A stretch of 64,000 nucleotides of DNA from Octopus sinensis. Its lineage: Eukaryota. The stretch's first letter is position 1. Every line of letters begins with the position of its first letter. Location: the NCBI RefSeq assembly GCF_006345805.1, contig NC_042997.1, forward strand, positions 65,720,001 to 65,784,000, given 5' to 3'. Made by a program: the position numbers and the translations under genes. Of the stretch, positions 53,769 through 64,000 are shown one piece after another. The notes beneath the pieces are model-generated. The model worked only from the letters and a program-made list of their open reading frames with translations, was not told where the DNA came from and searched no databases.

Positions 53769-53915
53769 CAAAATGGACACATAAAGAATAGAATACTCAG
53801 TTGTCGTAGCTAAAACATCTCTAACAATAGTGTGTCAAAGAATGTTTACTCTTGTCACAAAATAAAACTCATTATTACAGCTGGGTAGTGACTTTGCCTG
53901 GCAAAGTCATAGTCA

Positions 53916-55410
53916 AATAGCCTATAGAGGATTATTATCAACCACATATATCTACAACAGGAGACATGTCATGTAACACATATTTTAAGTAAATATTTTA
54001 CATATACGTGATGAAGTGTCTATATTGGTATACATGTCGGCATGTGTGCGCTTACGAGTGGATAGTACGTGCATCGTATATATTGATTAATGTGAGAACT
54101 TTTGAATGCATTACATATATGTATTCTTATAAACATATTTTTATATACCTTGTAGAATTTAATTACGTCTCTTTGCATTCTCAGTTCAAATCCTGCCGAA
54201 GTCAGTTTTGCTTTTTGTTCTCTTGTGTTCATTGGAACAAGTAGCAGCCAAGTGTCAACTTAACCGCCTATACCCTTACTCAAATACGTAGCTTTGTACC
54301 AATGTTAGAAACTATAATAAATTATAGTGGTTGTCGCAGATGAGGAAGAGGATATCATATGAACTTTTAATTATAAATCGCTGTGGTTGGCTTAGTAACA
54401 TTGATATTTAGTTTTGCTACAAAGACACAAAATAGTAGGAAGCATGTATGAAGGAATTATATCGATATTACTTCATATTTTGGAGGCACAATGGCTCAGT
54501 GGTTAGGGCAGCGGATTCGTGGTTGTAGGATCGCGGTTTCGATTCCCAGACCGGGTGTTGTGAGTGTTTATTGAGCGAAAACACCTTAAGCTCCACGATG
54601 CTCCGGCAGTCGGTGGTGGCGAACCCTGCTGTACTCTTTCACCACAACTTTTTCTCACACTTCCTTTCTGTTTCTGCTGTACCTGTATTTGAAAGGGCCT
54701 GCCTTGTCACACTCTGTGCCATGCTGAATCTCCCCGAGAACTACGTTAAGGGTACACATGTCTGTGGAGTGCTTAACCACTTGCATGTTAATTTCATGAG
54801 CAGGCTGTTCCGTTGATCGGATCAGCTGGAACCCTCGTCGTCGTAACCGACAGAGTGCCAACAGTACAGAACTTCGTATTTTATCGTACCTAATGAAGAG
54901 AAAAACCAAAAGAATCTGGAATCTGAACTGAACTAAGAATGTGAATGATTGCAACTAAACACTATACACATATTTAGTCAAGCAATCTATGATTTCGTAT
55001 CCACCACCAATCTATTAGCTGGAGGAGCATTGGAGACGTCATGGCTACAATTTCATATGTTTTATCCAATAATATTTAGAATCATAATCGTTAAATACAT
55101 TAATATTTATTGCACTTCCGTTCTCATAAATATTAGCGTTTTAAACAAAATTTCTTCCTGTAGATATTCATTCTTAATAGGATAATTAAAGCCAAACAGC
55201 CTATAGATGATTATTATCAACCCCATATATCTACAACAGGAAACAAGACATGTAACATATTTTATGTAAATATTTGATGGATGCGTGATGAGGTGTCTAT
55301 AGGCGTATGCATGTCGGTATGTGTGCGCTTACGAGTGGATTGTACGTGCGTGGTATACATTATACCATTATTGTGAGAACTTCTGAATGCATTACAAATA
55401 CATCCTTATC
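53916..55410 (+). repeat. Diverged direct repeats of about 215 bp (53916-54130 and 55195-55410)
   Basis: Shared AGCCTATAGA.GATTATTATCAACC.CATATATCTACAACAGGA and TGTGTGCGCTTACGAGTGGAT. Confidence 0.8.
54481..54862 (+). mobile_element. tRNA-derived SINE family C, apparently full length
   Basis: A-box TGGCTCAGTGG and B-box GTTTCGATTCCC; extends past the truncation point of the 9594 copy. Confidence 0.85.
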
Positions 55411-55769
55411 TGCATAGTGATGCATAAAGACACCTGCACGCACACACGCTCAAGTTTTTTTTTTTTGTGCGTGTCTGTGAGTTAGTGTGCGTCAGTAAGT
55501 ATCTTCGTATACTTGTATGTACATATGCATAAATTATATATGACTATGCTTATATACGTCTATAAATTTTCATGCATACAGACATGCGCATGCGTGTGAG
55601 AAGGAGAGACTGTGTGTGTGTATGTGTGTTTGTGTGTGTGAGTGTATGTATGTGTGTGTGTGTATGTGTGTTTGTGTGTGTGAGTGTATGTATGTGTGTG
55701 TGTGTATTTGTGTGTGTACAGACAGATAGATATAACGAAGTCCTTTTCTCACACTATTACTGTATCTGA

Positions 55770-56155
55770 ATATCGTTTACTTGTTTCAGATATTAGACTG
55801 CGACCATGCTGTAGCACCGGCTTGAAGAATCCACCCCAGTACTTATTTTTAAAGCCTGGTACTTATTCTATTGGTCTCTTTTTGCCTAAGTTACGGGAAT
55901 GTAAACACACCAACACCGATTGTCAGGTGGTGATAGGGGACAACACAGACAGAAAGACACAAACATAGATATATACATAATTATTAATGACAGGCTTCTT
56001 TCAATTTCCGTCTACCAAATCCACTCACAAGGCTTTGGTCGGCCCGAGGCTATATCAGAAGGCACATGCCCAAGATGCCACATGGTGGGACTGAATGCGG
56101 AACCATGTGGTTTGGAAGCAAACTCCTTACCACATGGCCACGCCTGTGCCTATTC
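55770..56155 (-). mobile_element. SINE family A
   Basis: Head, core, CA-rich spacer and tail homology. Confidence 0.8.
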
Positions 56156-57043
56156 ACACAGCCATGTCTGTTTTTTAGTTATCACTGTGTTATGACTGTT
56201 ATAAACAATTCATCTATATGCTATGTCTGTAAGCAGAAAAATGATTAAATAACTGGATACGTATTTCGATTCTTATTGGAAACATTCACCGCAACTGTGC
56301 ACGTTCCACAACTACCCACGAACATACTGCTTATAAACCCAATAATATTGGGGGTTAAATTAAATTGGATAAACCAATTTAATATTTTGATCAATTTTCG
56401 AGGTAGCTAAATTTGTTTACAATCGTCGTACCATACAGTGTTTTGTTTATCTGAATCTTTTGTTGCGTCCGTACGTTGTTTTGCCACTGAGATCAAAACG
56501 ATCTTAGCTTCTGCCTATCATCAACATTTTCGAAAAATATTTTTAAGTTGTGTTCTTTAATTATCTAATGCAAGCTTCTCCGAGGATTAAGTGTTGATTT
56601 CATTTTTATTCCCATGTTGAGAGAAAAATAAATCAAGTTTATGTTTAATTCGTTTAAATTCTTCCGAACATCTATTTAACAGGTTAAATTACTGACAAAC
56701 TTGGAACTTTATGTATAATTTACTCGCAATTTTCCATATAATGTAATTAACAAATAAAATAATTGATAAACACAGAAAATATGGAACAAGTTAGAAATTA
56801 GAAGTGCTTTGGAAGTGGCTCTTTTCTTATGTAAACGCTTTCAACTCTTCTTAACTCCCATCATGACAGTTTTCCTGTGGTCTTGCTACTTTCTCTGTAT
56901 TGCTGCAAGGTCTGGATGAAATCTTCCACTGTGGCCCTTACTAATATCACTTAATATTTCATTGAAACCATCAATATTTGAATGCAAAAAATGTTCTTTT
57001 AAAGACATGAATCAGTCAATTTTTATATAACTTTCAGTTAGCT

Positions 57044-57100
57044 AACAATCCTAAACACAGGAGATTGGTTACAAACCAATCTCCTGTGTTTAGGATTGTT
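57044..57100. repeat. Perfect 27-bp inverted repeat with 3-nt loop
   Basis: AACAATCCTAAACACAGGAGATTGGTT-aca-AACCAATCTCCTGTGTTTAGGATTGTT. Confidence 0.95.
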
Positions 57101-57644
57101 GCAGATCCCTAGAAAAAGATGAAGTACAGCAGGAAATTCATGCCTTGTATCCCTTTCAATTGCTCATGTTTTTCTTTTTATTTCAACAAGGCATTTACTT
57201 GAGTTCCGATAAATATAAATAAGCACTGCTATGCGTATCAATAAAAACAGCACAACACTACACCACTTCTAAACACGAGCGGCACTCTGCTTGGGTCCTC
57301 GTTAGTTGCTCTCAATGCTGTGCCTTAATATTACCTAGGATCTCGCCTGACGAAAACACATTCTTATCATGGCTAGGACTGCATCACAACCACTAGTACT
57401 TCTCTTTAAAACAAAAAGATATTTCAACCCTTAACAGCTTCTGACTTTCTTTCCGGGACTCAAGTGAAGCTTAGAATGGAATAGTGTTCACGCATCAGGG
57501 ATGGTGCTGCTGCAACTCACACCGATATCCTATAGAGAAATAAACTAAATAAGCATCTTAAACTGGATTTCTACTCAAAGAAACGAAGAGTTGTGCTGGA
57601 TATACTAGTGCAACATATTTCATTATAAAAGATATTAGTTTTAC

Positions 57645-57840
57645 CCTTTGGTACAAGGCCAGCAATTTCGGGGAGTGGGTAGGTCGATTAAATTGTTTCC
57701 AGTTTTCAACTGGTACTTATTTTTGATCGACCCTGAAAGAATGAAAGGTAAAGTCGAAGTAAAAACGCAGAAGTAAAAACGGATGGAATGCCGCTAAGCA
57801 GTTTACCCAGCGTGTTAACGATTCTGCTATCACACCACCC
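57645..57840 (-). mobile_element. SINE family B, degenerate
   Basis: Reverse-complement core ATCGACCCTGAAAGAATGAAAGG.AAAGTCGA. Confidence 0.7.
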
Positions 57841-58421
57841 TGTTTCGTAATAATAGATATTAACAGATAGAGTGTGAAGGACCATTTTCTATTCTATTAA
57901 ATATATATGAAGCACAAGATAATCAAAATAATCAGAAACACGGAGCAAAAGCTATCTCAGCCACCAAATATGATATTCCAAAGTAGATTAATTACCAGAA
58001 GCCTGCCTTCATTATTATCGTATCTTAAATCATTCAGAGAAACATATCTTTTTTTAATGTTCATATATTGTATGAGAATCAGAAATCCCTTATAGTCAAC
58101 GTGCGACCAGAAAATCTCTTGACGTGGTATCATCGATCGTCTCTTTGATACTCGTAATGTATCTACTTTGAAGATTATGCATCATTATTGATAATATGCT
58201 TTGAAAAATAAACTATCAATCGACATCTCGAGAACTTTGTATGCTTGAAAGATAAAGTGCTGATAGTTTCAGTAACCTAACCAGAAGGAGATGTGTAACG
58301 ATCAAAGATGTATTTTCTACTAATTAAGCATGAAATTATTTATAATGTTCACACTCTCTGATAAAAGAATTGGTTCACAAATAATTACTCAAGTAATTAT
58401 GCAGACACGATATATATATAT

Positions 58422-58481
<60 letters not shown>

Positions 58482-58501
58482 TATATATATATATATTATA
58501 T

Positions 58502-58539
<38 letters not shown>

Positions 58540-58603
58540 CTTATATATACTTATATATACTTATATATACATCAACCACATATACTTAACACACAAGTGT
58601 TAG

Positions 58604-58730
58604 GTAGGCTGCGAATGGTGAGGTAGAGAATACTCTCTCAAAGTGCTGGTTGTTAAAACCCCTGAAAGTCATGGACATTAATATCCTGCACTTTGAGAAA
58701 GTATTCTCCACCACGCACACAGCAGCCTAC
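58604..58730. other. 127-nt imperfect hairpin (MITE-like or structured RNA)
   Basis: GTAGGCTGC/GCAGCCTAC and GAGAATACTCTCTCAAAGTGC/GCACTTTGAGAAAGTATTCTC arms. Confidence 0.6.
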
Positions 58731-59334
58731 CAGCAAATACACAGGGCTTGTACGTTAAGAATATGTAGTACATAGTGCGTGTGTATGTGTAATTACAAAA
58801 CATACAGGCCTACCTGGAGCCTCAAGTACCGCCATGGGTTATCTGATTTAAATCCACGGGCCTACTTTCTTCTTGTCATCACCACTCCTACGTTTTACCG
58901 CATACTGTTTGCGAAATTAGGAATTTATTTTTATAAAAATAATATGAAAATTATCACCTAATCGATCCAATAGAATCTTTATCTTAGTAAATTGTCCTCC
59001 TTCACTACGCTGTTATAAAAAGCAATAACTACTTGCAAAGTCGTCATTTAAGTGACGTCTTGCGCATTTCGATGGAGTCGCCTGGTGATGTTATGGTTTA
59101 TAACAAACACAGAGATATTATGTAGTTATTTGAAGAAACTCCGAGTAACGACTTCACCACATCTAAACAATATACAAATTATATACTTCGCTCAAGTTCA
59201 ATTACATTAGGAAAACTAAGACAAACATTCAAAAGTATTCTAATTGTGGAATTTTAAAGTTTCTATTTGTATATTGCTTTATATATATGCCATGCGTTGC
59301 AAATCTCACTCTGACCCTCAACACATGATAAATA

Positions 59335-60564
59335 CGAATGTTCTACCGATAGTAATACGAAAGTGAGCTTAATATTTTTTTTTATTTACTGACACAATTC
59401 CTTCAAATTGCACATGTTGATAACGAAACTTTTCCTCCATAAAAATGTACTACTTATAGCTTCTATCAAAAGCAATGCATTTGGGCCATCATCAAGTCCA
59501 ACTCTTGGATTCTCTTTGAAAATTTTCAGATGTGCACTGTTGTAGTTACTTCCTGACAGATATCTTCTCCTCCACTTCTATATCATCAAATTGTTGTCCA
59601 CGAATACTGTCCTTCATTAGACCGAACAGGTAGAAGGCGGAGGATGCCAGATCCGGGCTGCGCAACGGATAGTGGACCACTGCCCAGCTCACTTTGCCGA
59701 TTGCCTACTTTTGTTGCCTAAGTTATGTGTGGACTCATATTGTTCGTTGAATGTGGAATATTTTCAGATTTTTCTTCTGTCTTCCATCTAATGACTTACA
59801 TAAGCTTTTTGCGTGTCTCTATGTAATGCTTTCTGTTCATGGTACGGCCATATTCCAGAAAATTATGGAAAATACTGTCTTTATCATCCCCACTAAACAA
59901 TCACTGTGATTTTCTGTGTCAATTACTGACTCTTGAAAATCTTGGGCCTTGAAGAAGAGGTGCGACGCTATTCTAGGAACTGGGAGTTTACTTCCGGGTC
60001 GTATATGTCCGCTTCATCCCTAGACATCAGGAAATAAAACTTCCACAAGATCAGAGCAGACCCCCAATTTTATCTTCTTCGAATTGAATGTCAGCTGCCA
60101 AGATATTAACTTTGCCCTCGCTTTCCGATACGTAGTGTCTTCCACTAGCTTTTGTAATGCATTGTGACTCCATAATCTACGTGTGTAGTAAAGTTACAGA
60201 CTGTGACTTACCCCTCTGCACGAATCAATTCCTCCACTCACTGGCGATTCGTGCCAGTTGATGCAGTTGATGATCTCCTACTGTGTGGTTTGTGTTGAAT
60301 GCTATATTCCTCTTCTTAAAACTTCATCCATTTCTGCGCATTGCTTTTTCAAGCAATTCGCAGAGATGGATATCTGTGGATATCGGACAGAATAAACCCC
60401 TTCTTCGTTGAGAACTCAATGATGACGGATTGCTTCCTTCCTGGAATCCGTTATTTACTTACAATGATGACAAACAGGAAGAAGAGATACTATTGGAGTA
60501 TGTGCAATTTGAACCGTCTATGTCAGTCAATAAAAATTATGATGACTTTTTGAAAGAATCCTCG
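59335..60564 (-). mobile_element. Decayed full-length-sized mariner transposon
   Basis: Minus frames give KQSVIIEF, GRSST, QLTFNSKKIKLGVCSDLVE, DEADIYDPE, FLEYGRTMN, HYPLRSPDLASSAFYLFG; right TIR TACGAGGATTCTTTCAAAAAGT; TTCAAATTGCACAT is inverted at both ends. Confidence 0.8.
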
Positions 60565-60592
60565 TATTAGAGAATTTCATTGTAAGAGATTG

Positions 60593-61192
60593 CTATTTCT
60601 TTATTGCCCACAAGGAGCTAAACATACAGGCGATAAACAAGGACAGACAAAGGGATTAAGTTGATTACATCGACCCCAGTGCGTAACTGGTACTTAATTT
60701 ATCGACCCCGAAAGGGTGAAAGGCAAAGTCGACCTCGGCGGAATTTGAACTCAGAACGTAACAGCTGACGAAATACCTGTTTCTTTACTACCCACAAGGG
60801 GCTAAACACAGAGAGGACAAACAAGGACAGACAAACGGATTAAGTCGATTATATGGACCCCAGTGCGTAACTGGTACTTATTTAATCGACCCCGAAAGGA
60901 TGAAAGGCAAAGTCGACCTCGGCGGAATTTGAACCTAGAACGTAGCGGCAGACGAAATACCTATTTCTTTATTACCCAGAAGGGGCTAAACACAGAGCGG
61001 ACAAACAAGGACAGACATAGGTATTAAATCGATTACATCGACCCCAGTGCGTAACTGGTACTTAATTTATCGACCCCGAAAGGATAAAAGGCAAAGTCGA
61101 CCTCGGCGGAATTTGAACTCACAACGTAACGCAGACGAAATACCGCTATGCATTTCTTCCGGCGTGCTAACGTTTCTGCCAGCTCACCGCCC
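60593..61192 (-). mobile_element. Trimeric SINE family B variant with AATAAAGAAA tail and 17-bp TSD
   Basis: Three units of about 181 bp, only the 5' unit with a complete head; TTCATTGTAAGAGATTG at 60576-60592 and 61193-61209. Confidence 0.9.
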
Positions 61193-62108
61193 TTCATTGT
61201 AAGAGATTGTGTGAACAATATCTAAATAAACAGAGAAACTCAACAAATTCCACAAATCAAAATTAAATACCTTAAAGAAATCTTGGCGGAAATATATCAC
61301 CTGCAGTATTCGAAAATTAATAAAAAATATGTCAACTCGATCAGATTTCGGTGAAAGTTAGAAATCACTCTGCATTTCGTATCAATAAAATGTTTAGCCT
61401 TTACATGCATATTGAGTTCTTTAGAGGTATATGTTAACCAATATCCCTAAGGCTGCTTATAAATACTCACAATATATACTTGAAAACTCAATGGAAGAAA
61501 GAGTGATCAGCGTATTTCGTAGAGTTGATTTATTACTTAAAAGCAGAAGGTTCACTACGTCACTAGTTAGAGTTTCTCGCTATGTATGATGTTTTAGGCA
61601 ATAGAAGAAAGAAATCTAATACAAACTAACACACATACACACACATGCATATACAAATGCTTACACACGTGCACACATACATGTGTGTGTGTGTGTGTGT
61701 GTGTTTGTGTATGTGTGTGTATACAGTTTTTTTTTCTTTCACTTATACAATATTAGGAAAATAGTCAGACGAATACAAAGAAAATTGCTCAAGTTTCTAA
61801 TCATTCGTTTGTTAAACGTTGCCGAATATAGCCTACTATGGTACTGATAATTCAATAACGAAATTGTAAGAAATAACATTTATGTTATTATATTGTTATA
61901 TTGGCTCCATTTTATCTCTTTTTTTCTCTCTCTCTCTCTTTTCGGGGCGTTCAAATTAGTTGAAATATATTGATCGCTGCTTCTAGTCAAAACAATCATT
62001 TACGAATTTCTGTTGAGGTTTTCCTTTCATATCATTAATGACACGAAGTAAAAGTTAAAGGAAACTAGAGAAGTACACGCATCAATTCGCCAATATTTGA
62101 AATATCGA

Positions 62109-62151
<43 letters not shown>

Positions 62152-62214
62152 TACAAACTCACATATGAGGACGTCTGAGTGGGAGTGTGAATGTGTATAT
62201 GTATGTATATGTCC

Positions 62215-62290
62215 GTGGTCGTGGTGCAGAGGTTTGTGTGTTAAGCTCCAGACCTTAGTTCATGGGTTCGATTTTCAGTTACTTCATTCA
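62215..62290 (+). mobile_element. Degenerate tRNA-like SINE head
   Basis: TGGTGCAGAGG and GGTTCGATTTTC boxes at tRNA-like spacing. Confidence 0.4.
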
Positions 62291-62314
62291 TATTGCTGTA
62301 GACTACATCAATAT

Positions 62315-63240
62315 GAACGGGTAATACTTCTCGATAGCACTGCCTAGCCAGGGATCTTTGGCGATTGTCCATAGGTCCCGGCCCGAAAGTTGTCCTGAAC
62401 AGACGGGTCAGGTGTTCCTCGTCGACGCCCAGATTCTGCCCGAGAACGTCGTCGCACCTCTCCTCCACTAAGCCTCTATAGAACGCCTTTGTTGTAATGA
62501 AGTCGCACAAGTTTGGTCCCGGACGGCAGAGTTGCTTGAGAGCAACGCAACACTCGCGGTGACATTCGCCTAGCCTCGGTCTCTGTTTGATCCACGACTG
62601 CGATTCGGCCACGGAGACTAGCTGCGGGAAAGCGCGCCACACAAACGGCGACCACACCTGTTCACCTTCGTCTATGAAGTGCCGGAGATATTGCTGTCTC
62701 AGCGTGTGTCTGCGCATCATCAACCACGGCATGCCTAACCCTCCATTTAGCGGGTGTTGACAGCAAATGGATCATCTAACCATCGGAACGCTTCCCTTCC
62801 ACAAGAAGCGGAAGAGTATGTGTTCCAATTTGATAATGGTTGGGTCGGAACAAGGCATGACGGTCAGACGGTTACCGCTTCGTATTCTTTTAGTGTCTCG
62901 CCGACCAGGTCGATGTGCTTGTGGCTCGACACTATGGCGGTGACGTCGTCCGCGTATGCAGACACGCTCTTCCCGCATCCCAGCTCTCGTGAGATGCCCC
63001 TCAGCATTGCCAGCTTCCGCAGTAGTGGCTCAAAAGTCAATACATACAGAAGCGACGAGAGGGGACATCCTTGACGAACCGAACGCATGATGTTAAATAG
63101 TCTGGATAGACGACAATTTACACGAGCTACCGAGCGGATGCCGCTGTATAAGGCAGTGATCCAACCGCGGAAGATGGGGCTGAAACCAGCCGCTAAGGAC
63201 AGTCTCCAAGTAGTGATGGCACTATCGAAAGCTTTTGACT
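62315..63240 (-). mobile_element. Second Tx1 copy: 5'-truncated, about 280-bp internal deletion, 3' end missing
   Basis: MPWLMMRRHTLR.., SVRQGCPLSSLLY, AYADDVT align with 1720-2920; its 5' junction abuts a GATA-type tract from 63243. Confidence 0.9.
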
Positions 63241-63242
63241 GG

Positions 63243-63260
63243 GATAGCTAGCTAGCTAGC

Positions 63261-63338
<78 letters not shown>

Positions 63339-63460
63339 CTTACATACATGCATACATACATACATACATACATACATACATACATACATACATACATACA
63401 TACATACATACATACATACATACATACATACATACATACATACATACATACATACATACA
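63243..63460 (+). repeat. (GCTA)/(GATA)n followed by (CATA)n
   Basis: Direct reading. Confidence 0.95.
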
Positions 63461-63693
63461 AATTTTCTTATCGGAGACAATTTAGATTTTTTTTTTTATC
63501 GGAGACATTTTAAAGTTCCATATGTAGAGGAAATTACCTGACTCATCTTAGTTCAAGCTATCGCTTAACCAGTTATCTTTTTGTCTCCACACATGCAACG
63601 CGAATGTCTGCCTTCAAAGAAGCACTGCATATAAAATATTAATAGCTTACATATGCATACTTTTATTTTGCTAAACCAATACACAAGTGTAAC

Positions 63694-63733
<40 letters not shown>

Positions 63734-63774
63734 ACACACATATATATATATATATATTATATATATATATATAT

Positions 63775-63805
<31 letters not shown>

Positions 63806-63941
63806 ATGTAGGTATGTATGCATATATGTATATTTATGTATGTATATTGTATAACCTTACCTTACGTTTCGTGTTTTGAAATTCGCCAACTTCAAATGTT
63901 TCTGTTATAAAATAGTGATAAAATCATGTGTATGCTTTTAT

Positions 63942-63943
<2 letters not shown>

Positions 63944-64000
<57 letters not shown>
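63944..64000 (+). repeat. (GATA)n running to the window end
   Basis: Direct reading. Confidence 0.95.

Noticed and set aside
60593-61192. Regularly spaced repeats suggesting a CRISPR-like array
   Set aside because: Whole units repeat with no unique spacers; it is a SINE multimer in eukaryotic DNA.

Overview
AT-rich, microsatellite-saturated eukaryotic DNA. The repeat complement resembles coleoid cephalopod (Octopus-like) genomes; this is inferred from recalled SINE families, not a database hit. No host protein-coding gene can be identified; two isolated candidate exons are weak. Most listed ORFs are translated microsatellites. Supported content: (1) a near-full-length minus-strand Tx1/L1-clade LINE (853-6919; ORF1 with CCHC knuckle, ORF2 APE-RT-zinc finger, frameshifted) sitting within (GATA)n, plus a deleted second copy (62315-63240) also abutting (GATA)n; (2) R4/Dong-type RLE LINE fragments at (TAA)n/(ATT)n tracts; (3) several tRNA-derived SINE families; (4) mariner remnants, TA-flanked MITEs, a hAT-like MITE and a 1.3-kb non-autonomous Helitron; (5) a Penelope-like GIY-YIG remnant and four distinct repeats with minimal type I hammerhead-ribozyme-like motifs. 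Best leads: a tRNA(Arg)-headed SINE-like element with a hammerhead tail and inverted 5' duplication (possible Penelope-mobilised SINE), apparent (GATA)n targeting by the Tx1 element, and a SINE trimer inserted as one event (17-bp TSD) whose tail resembles that Tx1 3' end. SINE labels A/B/C are my working names, and many boundaries are approximate.
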